From Candidatus Scatovivens sp. (GTDB lineage: Bacteria; Bacillota; Clostridia; TANB77; CAG-508), in assembly GCA_045646345.1 (NCBI GenBank), contig JAZRKN010000011.1:64001-128000 (forward strand): 64,000 bases of DNA, in the 5' to 3' direction. The position numbers and the translations under genes are program-made. Shown here one piece after another: positions 53,955 through 64,000 of this stretch (its first letter is position 1; each line of letters begins with the position of its first letter). The notes beneath the pieces are model-generated. The model made no database searches. It was given only the letters and a program-made list of their open reading frames with translations, and had not been told where the DNA came from.

Positions 53955-54150
53955 GACATTAAATTGATTTATAGACGTACTTTTAGCAACAATTTGAGAG
54001 AAATACTTGTCTTTTTAGAATAAATGTAATAAAATGAGAAAAAATTATCACAATGTGTAAAAAACTTTTTATATTAATTACATTAATCTGACAAAAAAAT
54101 TAAATCAGTTATGATTAAATAAAAATATAAAAAGTGAGAGGTGGTTAAGG

Positions 54151-56556
54151 ATGTTTCAAAATGTTGCAGATATGGGCAATCATAGCGAAGAATTAGAAAA
54201 AGATTCTAGCAATGTTATGTATAGATTAAAAGAGATTTTCAAATATCAAAATATAATTATATATGTGTTGACTTTTTTGATGTCAACATTGTCTGTTAAA
54301 GGTGAATTTGCGCCTTTTGGGCTTGCAATGATGGCTGCTTGCGTAGGAGAAGCTGTGCCAATAATAGGAGTTTTTATAGTAGCTATTATAGGTACTTTTT
54401 TGGGAAATGGAGTAGCAGCACTTGGTGATTTCATCTTTATTTCAATAGTATATTTTATTCTTGTATTATTATTTAAAGCCAAAGTTGCAGTAGAAGAAAG
54501 AAATGAGTTAATAAAGACAGGTGGAAAATTATTTGGCGCTTCATTAATTGTTTCAATTATAAAAGGTATGTTTACAGTGCTTACAACATATGACGTATTT
54601 ATAGGGATTATAATTGGATCTTTAACATATGTTTTTTATAAAATTTTTGTAAATGGTCTTGCGTTTATTAAAGATTTAAATGTTAAACAAGCTTTTACAA
54701 TTGAAGAATTAATAGCAGGAGTATTAATTGTTTCACTTGCAAGTGTGGCTTTAAATTCAATAAATGTATTTTCATTAAATTTAAGTAATATAATAATAAT
54801 GTTAATGATTATGATCTTGGGGTGGAAACATGGAATGCTTGTTGGTGCAGTAACAGGGGTTTCTGTCGGACTAGGAATTAGTTTTGTGGATTCAACTAGT
54901 TTTGTGCAAATATCTATGTTTGCTATATCTGGAATTTTATCAGGAGCATTAAATAGATTTGGAAAAATAGGGGTTATTTTAGGCTTTATTTTAGGTAATG
55001 CAATTCTTACTTATTGGGTGAGAGGAGCAACAACAATGGTTATTTATTTTAGAGAAATTTTTGTTGCTTCAATTGGACTTTTATTAGTTCCAAGCAAAAT
55101 TAAACTTGATTTAGAAGATTTATTAGGAAAAGATAAATTATTAGATAATAGTGGAGATAGAAGACTAGAAGGAGAGACTGAATTATCTCAAAAGTTAAAA
55201 ACAATCGCTGAAATGTTTAATGATGCCAATGAAAGCTCTAAAGAGTCTGTAATTGTTGTTAAAGAAAATATCACACAAGATTTTTTAGATAATTTAGAAG
55301 ATTTAAAACAAAATATCTTTTATGAAGAAATCGCAAATGAGGAAAATGGCATTGCAAGAGATATATGTTCAAGTTTGATAGAAAATGATATATTACTTGA
55401 CAGAGATTTAATTTCGATTTTAGAAAATCATAATAATTATGTAGTAATGAAAGATTCATCTATAAGAAATGATCTTCAAGAAATAGTAAAAATTGCTAAT
55501 AGAACATTAAAAACATTTCAAATAAATCTTGCTAAAGAGCAAGAAAGAAGAAATACTCTTAAAACATTTAATGAAAGTATAAGAGCGGTAACACAAGTTA
55601 TTGACAAATGTGCTGAAGAGATAAAAGAAAAGACAAGTCCATTTTATAAAAAAGAACAAGAAATACTTATGCTATTAAAAAGTAAAAGTATTAATGTTGA
55701 AGCTTGTAATATAAAATTATTGAAAAATGGAAAATACATTATAGAATTAAAATTAGATGAAAAAGATTTAAGATTAAGAGATAAGGCTATAATGGTAAAT
55801 ATAGGAGATGTAATTTCTAAATCAATAGGAACAAGAGTAACGCTTCAAAGAGAAAGAAATAATGAAGAAGAAAATGAATATTATCAAGTCTATTCAAGTG
55901 AAGATAAATTTGTTCTTCAAGTTGGAAGTTCAAAAATAACTAAAGAAAATAGTAATGTTTCTGGTGATTGTAGCTTACAAATTAAATTAGCAGATGGAAA
56001 ATATTTACTTGCTATTGCAGATGGAATGGGAACTGGAGAAAAAGCAAGAGAATGCAGTAAAATAACATTAAGGTTAATGAAACAAATGCTTTCAGCTGGA
56101 TTTAATAAAGAAGAATCAATAGAGATGATAAATTCAAGAATTAGCCTTTTAGGAACAACAGAAAGATATTCAACATTAGATGCATCTATATTAGATTTAT
56201 ATACAGGAAAACTTGAAATATTAAAAAATGGAGCATGTTTTACTTATATAAAAAATAAGAAAAACATTAGAAAAATAGAATCAACAAATCTTCCAATTGG
56301 AATAGTAGATAAAATAGAAGTAAAATCTGAAACAGTAGATATCAATGATGGAGATATTATTGTTATGTGTACAGATGGAATTGTAGATTCAAAAGAAGAT
56401 GATTCAGAATGGATTGAAGATTTCTTAAAAAATGTATCAACAAACAATGTACAAAAAATAGCAGATTTACTTTTAGCAGAAGCTATAGATAATGGTTATG
56501 GAGTTGTAAGAGATGATATGACTGTTATTGTTAGTAAAATAGTAAAAAGAAAATAA
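54151..56556 (+). CDS. spoIIE: Stage II sporulation protein E (PP2C phosphatase)
   Basis: ~10 TM helices; SGD, DGMG, TDG and DDMT PP2C motifs. Confidence 0.88.
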   Translation: MFQNVADMGNHSEELEKDSSNVMYRLKEIFKYQNIIIYVLTFLMSTLSVKGEFAPFGLAMMAACVGEAVPIIGVFIVAIIGTFLGNGVAALGDFIFISIVYFILVLLFKAKVAVEERNELIKTGGKLFGASLIVSIIKGMFTVLTTYDVFIGIIIGSLTYVFYKIFVNGLAFIKDLNVKQAFTIEELIAGVLIVSLASVALNSINVFSLNLSNIIIMLMIMILGWKHGMLVGAVTGVSVGLGISFVDSTSFVQISMFAISGILSGALNRFGKIGVILGFILGNAILTYWVRGATTMVIYFREIFVASIGLLLVPSKIKLDLEDLLGKDKLLDNSGDRRLEGETELSQKLKTIAEMFNDANESSKESVIVVKENITQDFLDNLEDLKQNIFYEEIANEENGIARDICSSLIENDILLDRDLISILENHNNYVVMKDSSIRNDLQEIVKIANRTLKTFQINLAKEQERRNTLKTFNESIRAVTQVIDKCAEEIKEKTSPFYKKEQEILMLLKSKSINVEACNIKLLKNGKYIIELKLDEKDLRLRDKAIMVNIGDVISKSIGTRVTLQRERNNEEENEYYQVYSSEDKFVLQVGSSKITKENSNVSGDCSLQIKLADGKYLLAIADGMGTGEKARECSKITLRLMKQMLSAGFNKEESIEMINSRISLLGTTERYSTLDASILDLYTGKLEILKNGACFTYIKNKKNIRKIESTNLPIGIVDKIEVKSETVDINDGDIIVMCTDGIVDSKEDDSEWIEDFLKNVSTNNVQKIADLLLAEAIDNGYGVVRDDMTVIVSKIVKRK

Positions 56557-56609
56557 AAAATTAAGGCCGTTATCGAAGATAGCGGTCTTTTTGAATAAAA
56601 AAGAAGAGA

Positions 56610-57746
56610 TTATAAAATCTCTTCAATTAATAATTTACATATTTTTTTAACAGCATTAGGTTTTGCTAATGTTTTTGCTTTTTCTTTCATATTTTCAAGT
56701 TTTTCTTTATTTTTTGAAAGACCTTTTAAAGTTCTTGCGATACTATCACCTTTTTTTAGCCAAATAGCAGCTCCATTTTTTTCTAAGAATTCTGCATTTT
56801 CTTCTTCTTGCCCAGGTATTGGGTTTATGATGATAATAGGTAGGTTTGAAACTAAACATTCTGTTATTGTTAGTCCACCAGCTTTTGTTATAACGGCATT
56901 AGAAATATGCATTAATTCAGGAACTTTATTTGTATATTCTAATAATTTAACTCTAGACTCAGAATTTGTTAATTCGATTAATTCTTGGAATTTTTTGTTC
57001 ATTTTTTTGTTTTTTCCAGAAATCGCAACAACTTGTAAATCTTTAAATAGTCTTATTAGAACTTTTAATACCATAATTGTTGTATTTCTTCCTAAACCAA
57101 ATTCACCACCAGCGAAAAATAGAATAGTTTCTTTTTCTGGAGATAGACCAAATTCTTTGTATGTTTCTTCGTCATTGAAAGAACCTAAGAATTTTTCTGA
57201 AACAGGGATTCCAGTTACAAATATTTTTTGATCATGAATTCCTTCTGCAATCATATCTCTTTTCATCTGTTGATTTGCAACAAAAAAGTAATCTGTATAT
57301 CTATATAAAACAAGCCATTGATCATGGATATGATAATCAGTTAAAATTGTTGCAAGTTTACAATCGATTTTTTCTTTTTCTTTAAGCATTGCACACATTT
57401 GAGTAGCAAATGGGTGAGTAGAAATAATTAAATCTGGTTTTTCTTCTTTTATAAGTAAATTTAATTTGTAAGACATTAATCTATTTGTTGTTGTACTTAT
57501 ATGTGAAATAGGACCGTTTCTAGCACTTTTATAAACATGTTTCCACATCCAAGGGGCTTTTTTGGCTAGTTCCTTATAAGCTTCTGTTGAAACTTTATTT
57601 ACATATTTATTTATATATTCTATACAATCAACCATTACAACATCTATTTCTTCACTGTAATGCTTTTCTATTTCGTTACATATTGTTTTGGCAGCAGAAA
57701 GGTGTCCACCACCATAAGCACCATATAAAATTAGTACTTTTTTCAT
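56610..57746 (-). CDS. MGDG synthase/UgtP-like glycosyltransferase (GT28)
   Basis: GGGHLSAA, STHPF, TDY, TKAGGLT and PGQEEEN motifs. Confidence 0.92.
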   Translation of the reverse strand: MKKVLILYGAYGGGHLSAAKTICNEIEKHYSEEIDVVMVDCIEYINKYVNKVSTEAYKELAKKAPWMWKHVYKSARNGPISHISTTTNRLMSYKLNLLIKEEKPDLIISTHPFATQMCAMLKEKEKIDCKLATILTDYHIHDQWLVLYRYTDYFFVANQQMKRDMIAEGIHDQKIFVTGIPVSEKFLGSFNDEETYKEFGLSPEKETILFFAGGEFGLGRNTTIMVLKVLIRLFKDLQVVAISGKNKKMNKKFQELIELTNSESRVKLLEYTNKVPELMHISNAVITKAGGLTITECLVSNLPIIIINPIPGQEEENAEFLEKNGAAIWLKKGDSIARTLKGLSKNKEKLENMKEKAKTLAKPNAVKKICKLLIEEIL

Positions 57747-57889
57747 AATATTTTCCTTTCAAACTATATAAGTAGTTTTTTAAAATATATTAAATTATAC
57801 CACTTTCCAATAAAAAATACAATAAATTAAAAAAGTATATTTATTTTAAAAAATGGAAAAGATAAGAAAAAGTTTAAAAGGAGATTTTT

Positions 57890-59242
57890 ATGAATAGTGA
57901 ATTAAAAAGTAGATGGATGCTTATAAGTATTATTTTATTATTAATGTTGGTTATAGCAACTGGATATTATGCATTTTCATTAAGAGAAAAATATAATATT
58001 CAAAGTAATAATGATTATACTGAAGCGTTTAGTAATCTAGTAAACTATGTAAATAATGTTGAAAGTTATCTTGCAAAAGCAATGATATCAAAAAGTAATG
58101 AGCATGCTACTCAAACATTAACTCAGATTTGGAGAGATTCTAATTTGGCAATTGTGTACTTATCGAGAATTCCATTTGAAGATGAGGGACTTTTACAAAC
58201 CGCAAAATTTTTAAACCAAGTGAGTGATTATTCTTATTCTTTATCAAGAAAAAATATTGATGGTAAGAACTTAGAAAAAGAAGATTTTGATAATTTAAAA
58301 GCGCTTTATAATTACTGTAGTGAATTAGAAAATACATTAAATCAATTATCAGAAGATATTTATAGTGGAAATTTAACTTGGGAAAGTTTAAATAAAGGAG
58401 TAAACACTGAATTTGCCCAAGCAGTAGACAATGTGAATATTTTTGCTAATATTGATGATAACTTAAAAGAGTATGAGGGGCTTATTTACGATGGTGCTTA
58501 TTCTGACCATGTAAATAAACAAGAAAAGAAAGGATTAATAGGGCGTGAAATTGACGAGAATGAGGCAAAAAACGAAGTAAAACAATTTATAGGAGAAGAA
58601 TATATAGATGAAATAAAATCTAATGGATTTATAGATAATGCAGAAATACCATCATATGATTTTTCAGTAAAATTAAAAGATAGAGATGAAGATTATAGTA
58701 TAATGATTTCTAAAAAAGGAGGGCATGTTGTAGAAACATCTTTTGATAGGGAGGTTAAAGAAGAAAAAATTTCTCAAGCAGAAGCAAATGAAATAGGGAA
58801 GGCATATCTTTCAGATAAAGGTTTCAAAAATATGAAGGAAACTTATTTTATAAAACAAGGAAATGTTGTAACTATAAATTATGCATATAACGATGATGGT
58901 ATTGTAATATATCCAGATTTAATAAAAGTAAGAGTAGCTTTAGATAATGGGGAAATACTTGGGATTGAAACAACAGGATATTTAAACTCTCATCATGATA
59001 GAGCATATAAAGAACCTCAGATATCGATAGATGTGGCAAGAGAATCTTTAAATAAAGAGTTAGAAATAAAATCAGAAAATATGGCTATAATTCCAACAGA
59101 ATGGAAAACCGAAATATTTTGTTATGAATTTAAAGGGAGCGTAGAAGGAAAAGACTTTTTGGTTTATATAAATTGTGAGACTGGAAAGGAAGAAGATATT
59201 TTAGTAATTTTAGACACACCAGGTGGAACTTTAACGGTCTAA
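57890..59242 (+). CDS. ypeB: Germination protein YpeB
   Basis: KFLNQVSDYS, LIYDGAYSDH, YPDLIKVRVALDNG and CYEFKG; SigF/G-like promoter at 57835-57864. Confidence 0.92.
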   Translation: MNSELKSRWMLISIILLLMLVIATGYYAFSLREKYNIQSNNDYTEAFSNLVNYVNNVESYLAKAMISKSNEHATQTLTQIWRDSNLAIVYLSRIPFEDEGLLQTAKFLNQVSDYSYSLSRKNIDGKNLEKEDFDNLKALYNYCSELENTLNQLSEDIYSGNLTWESLNKGVNTEFAQAVDNVNIFANIDDNLKEYEGLIYDGAYSDHVNKQEKKGLIGREIDENEAKNEVKQFIGEEYIDEIKSNGFIDNAEIPSYDFSVKLKDRDEDYSIMISKKGGHVVETSFDREVKEEKISQAEANEIGKAYLSDKGFKNMKETYFIKQGNVVTINYAYNDDGIVIYPDLIKVRVALDNGEILGIETTGYLNSHHDRAYKEPQISIDVARESLNKELEIKSENMAIIPTEWKTEIFCYEFKGSVEGKDFLVYINCETGKEEDILVILDTPGGTLTV

Positions 59243-59285
59243 AAATTAATTAAAAAGTGATTTTCTGCCTAAAAAATATTGAAAT

Positions 59286-59302
59286 TGTAATGATATTGTT
59301 AT
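59286..59302 (+). promoter_or_regulatory. WalR-type direct repeat overlapping the promoter
   Basis: TGTAAT-N5-TGTTAT matches TGTWAH-N5-TGTWAH. Confidence 0.4.
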
Positions 59303-59404
59303 AATATAATAGCGAGTAACAAAAACTGCTAATTTGAATAAATTATAGTAAGAAAAAATTCCACAAATTGTTACGGATTTGTGGATTACATATAGGAGGA
59401 AAAC

Positions 59405-60172
59405 TTGCAAGTTAGAATAAATGATTGGAACATAAATTATGAAGTAATGGGCGAAGGCAATCCAGTAATTTTATTACATGGTTGGCTTGCTAATTTAGAA
59501 ACAATGAGACCACTAGCAAATAATTTATGCAGAAACTTTAAAGTATATTTGGTTGATATTGTGGGTTTTGGAAAAAGTGATTTACCAGAACATCCACTAA
59601 AAACAGATGACTTTGGTGATTTTTTAAGAGATTTCATAAAAGAATTAAAAATAGAAAATCCAATCTTGATAGGGCATTCAAATGGTGGAAGAACAATTAT
59701 AAATGCGGTAGGAAGAGGAATTGTTTCTCCAAGAAAAGTAGTTTTGATTGATAGCGCAGGGCTAAAACCTAAAAGAAGTTTAGGTTATTACTTGAAAGTT
59801 GGATTTTATAAAACTGGAAAATTTATTCTTAATTTATTGCCAAACACAAAAGGTTTTAAAGAGTTTAAAGAAAAACTTCGTGGAAGTGTAGGATCTGAAG
59901 ATTATAAATTATCAGCGAACGTATTAAAAGAAACTATGAAAATCATACTAAACGAAGATTTATCACATTTATTACCTAATATTAGCGTTCCAACGTTACT
60001 ATTTTGGGGAAGTTTAGATACGGCTACTCCAATAAGTGATGCGAAAAAAATGGAAAAATTAATTCCAGATTGTGGATTAATTGAATATCCAGGTTCAACA
60101 CATTTTTCTTATTTAGAAAATATAAATAATTGTAACGCAGTACTAAATGAATTTTTTAAAAACGATAAATAA
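59405..60172 (+). CDS. Alpha/beta hydrolase
   Basis: LHGW, GFGKS, GHSNGG, D and H triad residues. Confidence 0.93.
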   Translation: MQVRINDWNINYEVMGEGNPVILLHGWLANLETMRPLANNLCRNFKVYLVDIVGFGKSDLPEHPLKTDDFGDFLRDFIKELKIENPILIGHSNGGRTIINAVGRGIVSPRKVVLIDSAGLKPKRSLGYYLKVGFYKTGKFILNLLPNTKGFKEFKEKLRGSVGSEDYKLSANVLKETMKIILNEDLSHLLPNISVPTLLFWGSLDTATPISDAKKMEKLIPDCGLIEYPGSTHFSYLENINNCNAVLNEFFKNDK

Positions 60173-60181
60173 AAAGGGGAA

Positions 60182-61765
60182 ATGTTAATGGAAAAAGTTT
60201 TACTAAACTTTAATTTATTTTTACTATTAATTTATTTTTATAGAATAATAAGACATGGGTTACATATATTACAACTTGAAAATTATTATCTATCTAGATA
60301 TACAAATTGGATGAAAAAGAATATTAGAAAAGTTTTAAATTTAAAAAATGTTATTCTTTTACTTATTCCAACAATAATGATGATTGTTTCAATATTTGTA
60401 GATGGATTAGTAATTCCAAGTTTAGTTGTAGAAACCTTAATATTGATATGTCTAATAATAAGCTTTAAAAAACAAAAAGAGAAAAAAGCATTTGTAGTTA
60501 CAGCAAGAATAAAAAGAGTTTATATAACTTGTTTAATATTATTTGTGCTAGTAGTAGCAATTGCAAATGTTTTTGATTTCAAAATTGCTTTACCAATAAT
60601 TAATGTATGCGCTATATTAGCTTACTTTTTTGTAAATGTTGTAAATATAATAAATAAACCAATAGAAGCATATATAAGAAATGGATTTTGTAGAAAAGCA
60701 AAAACAAAATTAAAAGAAATTCCAGGATTAAAAGTAATCGGTGTTACTGGAAGTTATGGAAAAACAAGTACAAAATATGTTGTAAATACAATCCTTTCTC
60801 AAAGATATAATACTTTAATGACTCCTGAAAGCTACAATACAACAATGGGAGTTGTTAGAACGATAAATGAAAAACTAACATCAATGCATCAACTATTTGT
60901 ATGTGAGATGGGAGCAAAATATGTTGGGGATATTAAAGAAATAACAGATATTGTTAATCCAACTTATGGAATAGTAACAGCTATTGGACCTCAACATTTA
61001 GATACATTTAAATCTTTAGATAATGTAAGAAAAGCGAAATTAGAATTAGTAGATAGTCTTCCAGATGATGGTTTAGCATTTGTAAACTGGGAAGATGAAA
61101 ACATTAGAAATTCAAAAATTACCAAAAATATGGTGAAATTTGGATTATCTAAAGAAGCTGATTATTATGCTACGAATATAGATATAACAGAAAGAGGATC
61201 TAGTTTTGATGTTGTAGTTCCGGGAAAAGAACCAATAAAAATTAAAACAAGATTACTTGGAAATTTAAATATTTTAAATATAGTTGGTGCTGTGGCGATA
61301 GCTGATAAATTAGGTCTTACGCCTGAAGAAATAAAAATAGGTGCAAAATATATTAGACCAGTACCACACAGATTAGAACTAAAACAAAATCCAAATGGAA
61401 GTATAATTATTGATGATGCATATAATTCAAATATTAAAGGTGCTAAAATGGCTCTAGAAGTATTAAAATCTTTTGAACATAAAAAGAGAATTTTAATAAC
61501 GCCAGGAATTGTTGAATTAGGTGATAAACAATATGAAATAAATAAAGAATTTGGAGAAAAAGCAGCTGAAAGCTGTGATTTCATTATATTAGTAGGAGCT
61601 AGTCAAGCGGTTCCGATTTATAATGGGATAAAAGAAAAACACTATCCAGAGTCAAAAGTATTTATTGCTAAAAACTTACAAGAGGCATTAAGTAAGATGA
61701 ATGAAATTTTAACAAAAGATAGTGTAGTTTTACTTGAAAATGATTTGCCAGATAATTATCTATAG
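60182..61765 (+). CDS. murF: MurF-type Mur ligase with N-terminal TM helices
   Basis: TGSYGKTSTK, EMGA, DDAYNSN and ENDLPD. Confidence 0.85.
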   Translation: MLMEKVLLNFNLFLLLIYFYRIIRHGLHILQLENYYLSRYTNWMKKNIRKVLNLKNVILLLIPTIMMIVSIFVDGLVIPSLVVETLILICLIISFKKQKEKKAFVVTARIKRVYITCLILFVLVVAIANVFDFKIALPIINVCAILAYFFVNVVNIINKPIEAYIRNGFCRKAKTKLKEIPGLKVIGVTGSYGKTSTKYVVNTILSQRYNTLMTPESYNTTMGVVRTINEKLTSMHQLFVCEMGAKYVGDIKEITDIVNPTYGIVTAIGPQHLDTFKSLDNVRKAKLELVDSLPDDGLAFVNWEDENIRNSKITKNMVKFGLSKEADYYATNIDITERGSSFDVVVPGKEPIKIKTRLLGNLNILNIVGAVAIADKLGLTPEEIKIGAKYIRPVPHRLELKQNPNGSIIIDDAYNSNIKGAKMALEVLKSFEHKKRILITPGIVELGDKQYEINKEFGEKAAESCDFIILVGASQAVPIYNGIKEKHYPESKVFIAKNLQEALSKMNEILTKDSVVLLENDLPDNYL

Positions 61766-61861
61766 AATCAAACTTTTTTCAAACAATAGTATAAAATGCT
61801 ATTGTTTGAATTCGTATATAATCATAAAAAATATGATTTTTGAATAGAAAGGAAATTAAAA

Positions 61862-63121
61862 ATGAAAATAAAAGTTGGTGTATTTTTTGGTGGAAATTCA
61901 GTTGAACATGAAATTTCTGTAATAACAATGAATCAAGCAATTTCAAGCTTAGATCCAGAAAAATATGAAATAGTTCCTATATATATCGCAAAAAACGGAG
62001 TAATGTATACAGGAGATGATTTATTAGATTTATATTCTTTTAGAGATATGGAAGTATTATTAAAAAGATGTTATCAAGTTGCAGTTGTAAATGATGGTAA
62101 AGGCGTTAAAGTTATGAGATGCCCAGCACCATGGATTGGAAAAAGAGTATTAAATACAATTGATGTTGCTTTCCCAATAGTACACGGAACAAACTGTGAA
62201 GATGGAACAATAGCTGGATTTGTAACATTGCTTGGAATTCCTTTTGTAGGCCCAGATATTCTTGCTTCAAGTATAGGAATGGATAAAATTCTTCAAAAGA
62301 AAATTTTAAGACAATCAGGAATACCAGTTGTTGATTTTGTACCATTTTATTCAGTTGAATACATAAAAGACGAAGAAAAAATATTAAAAGATATCGAAGA
62401 AAAATTAGAATATCCAGTGATTGTTAAACCAGGAAATTTAGGTTCAAGTGTTGGAATTAGAAAAGCTAAAAACAAAGTTGAACTTGAAGAAGCAATTGAG
62501 TTTGCAATGGAATTTGCTGATAGAATAATTGTAGAAAAAGCAGTTGAAAACTTAAAAGAAATTAATTGTTCTGTAATTGGAGATTTAACTGAAACACAAG
62601 CTTCAATATGTGAAGAACCATTTTTCTCAGATGAAATTTTAAGTTATACAGATAAATACATCGGAGATGGAAAATCTAAAGGTGGAACAATTGGTGGTGG
62701 AAAAGTAAATTCACCAAAACTTGGAGGACAAAAAGGTGGAGCAAAAGGAGGAAATACTCAATTTGCAAACAAAAAAATCCCTGCTGATATAAGTAAAGAA
62801 AAAACTGAAGAAGTTCAAAAAATGGCTCAAGAGGTATTTAAAGTTTTAGGATGTAGCGGAGTTTCAAGAATAGATTTCTTAATCGATACAAAAACAGACA
62901 AAGTATACGTAAATGAGATAAATACAATTCCAGGAGCTTTATCATATTATCTATGGGAAGCTACAGGAAAACCATTTGAAAAAGAACTTGACGAAATAAT
63001 AGAAATAGCAATAAAACGCCACAGAGATAAAGAAAAATTAACATTTTCATATGACCAAAATATTTTAGCAATGCAAGGTGGAGTAAAAGGTGCTAAAGGT
63101 GGAAAAACAGGCAAAATTTAG
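61862..63121 (+). CDS. ddl: D-alanine--D-alanine ligase family protein
   Basis: GGNSVEHEIS, HGTNCEDG, GSSVG, RIDF and NEINTIPG. Confidence 0.9.
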   Translation: MKIKVGVFFGGNSVEHEISVITMNQAISSLDPEKYEIVPIYIAKNGVMYTGDDLLDLYSFRDMEVLLKRCYQVAVVNDGKGVKVMRCPAPWIGKRVLNTIDVAFPIVHGTNCEDGTIAGFVTLLGIPFVGPDILASSIGMDKILQKKILRQSGIPVVDFVPFYSVEYIKDEEKILKDIEEKLEYPVIVKPGNLGSSVGIRKAKNKVELEEAIEFAMEFADRIIVEKAVENLKEINCSVIGDLTETQASICEEPFFSDEILSYTDKYIGDGKSKGGTIGGGKVNSPKLGGQKGGAKGGNTQFANKKIPADISKEKTEEVQKMAQEVFKVLGCSGVSRIDFLIDTKTDKVYVNEINTIPGALSYYLWEATGKPFEKELDEIIEIAIKRHRDKEKLTFSYDQNILAMQGGVKGAKGGKTGKI

Positions 63122-63209
63122 AACCAAAAAAATGAAAAAATAACTTCACAAATAAAAGGCCAAATGATATAATCAAAATGGATTTTAGAAAAGTTCGGGG
63201 GATGTTGAA

Positions 63210-64000
63210 ATGATATTTAAGGATTATTACAAAATTTTAGACTTACCAAATAATAAAGTAACTATGGCGCAAATTAAAAGTGCGTATAGAGAGCAAGCTA
63301 AAAAGTATCATCCTGATGTAAATATACAAAATAAAAAGAATGAAGAACGTTTTAAAGATATAAACGAAGCTTATAGAGTTTTATCAGATGCCATGAGTAA
63401 AAGAAAATATGATAGAATGTGGCATAGAACAATTGGAAAGAAAAACGCTTCTTATGAAGAAAGCAAAAGAAATAAAGATTCTATTTCAAGTGATTTCTTT
63501 AATATGTTCTTCGGAAATTTAAATGATAAGGAAACTTCAAAAGTAAAAACTAAAAAAGCGGCTTGTAAAGGCGAAAATGTAGAAACTGAAATTGATATTT
63601 CTATTGAAGATGCATTTAGAGGAAAAGAACAAACAATAGGAGTAAGAACCGTTGAAGGAAAGTTAAAGAAATTTAAAGTACAAGTTCCTGCAGGAATAAG
63701 AAACAACGAAAAGATTAGAATTGTTGGACAAGGTAAACCTGGAATTTCAGGAGGAAAGCCTGGAGATTTATTCATTAAAGTAAAAATTAAAAATGACGAG
63801 AGATTTGTGCTTGAAGGATATGATTTAAAAACAAACTTGTACTTGACTCCTTGGGAAGCGGCACTTAGCACAAAGGTAACAATAAATGGAATAAATGAAG
63901 ATGTTTCTGTTTATGTACCAGCCGGTATTCAAAGTGGTGAAAAAATAGAAATTGAAAACAGAGGTTACAAAGACGGAAAAGGTGGTAGAGGAAAACTTAT
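63210..64000 (+). CDS. DnaJ/CbpA-like co-chaperone, 3' end outside the window (not in ORF track)
   Basis: MIFKDYYKIL...KKYHPD...FKDINEAYRVLSD J-domain; DnaJ C-terminal domain without the zinc finger. Confidence 0.9.
   Translation, partial: MIFKDYYKILDLPNNKVTMAQIKSAYREQAKKYHPDVNIQNKKNEERFKDINEAYRVLSDAMSKRKYDRMWHRTIGKKNASYEESKRNKDSISSDFFNMFFGNLNDKETSKVKTKKAACKGENVETEIDISIEDAFRGKEQTIGVRTVEGKLKKFKVQVPAGIRNNEKIRIVGQGKPGISGGKPGDLFIKVKIKNDERFVLEGYDLKTNLYLTPWEAALSTKVTINGINEDVSVYVPAGIQSGEKIEIENRGYKDGKGGRGKL

Noticed and set aside
61862-63121. Vancomycin-resistance ligase
   Set aside because: No vanH/X/R/S genes nearby, and the omega-loop Tyr is retained.
573-63871. Many short ORF-track entries antisense to or overlapping long genes (e.g. 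573-845, 13858-14217, 33861-34205, 49699-50298, 63452-63871)
   Set aside because: Shadow frames of well-supported genes, with biased L/F/S/I composition and no recognisable motifs.

Overview
AT-rich chromosomal window from a spore-forming Clostridia-like firmicute (spoIIE, ypeB, coat genes; the lineage cannot be fixed from the sequence alone). In order: the 3' part of a MucBP-repeat surface protein; rpoB-rpoC; a GC-richer HIT-family gene; an alkaline-phosphatase-superfamily gene; an Ig-domain gene; a highly divergent RelA/SpoT-synthetase-like gene; gdpP-rplI-dnaB-tilS-ftsH; a ~5.9 kb tyrosine-integrase element integrated in tRNA-Lys(CTT); coat genes; an M23 peptidase; mecA; a reduced DUF4321-mreC-mreD-pbp2-minC cluster; two giant coupled surface proteins; spoIIE; a UgtP-like glycosyltransferase; ypeB; a hydrolase-murF-ddl operon; and the start of a DnaJ/CbpA gene. 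Most notable: (i) inside the integrated element, a 34-bp inverted repeat copying the integrase RBS and first codons, whose core recurs at another start site, plus a candidate sRNA and iteron-like palindromes; (ii) an alarmone-synthetase-like protein with a ~190-aa insertion and altered motifs directly upstream of gdpP; (iii) a giant adhesin pair with a predicted thioester domain, non-canonical sorting motifs and a structured leader; (iv) a probable CTG start for pbp2; (v) a TCCGTAA motif recurring upstream of envelope genes. All calls come from motif reading by eye; no searches were run.
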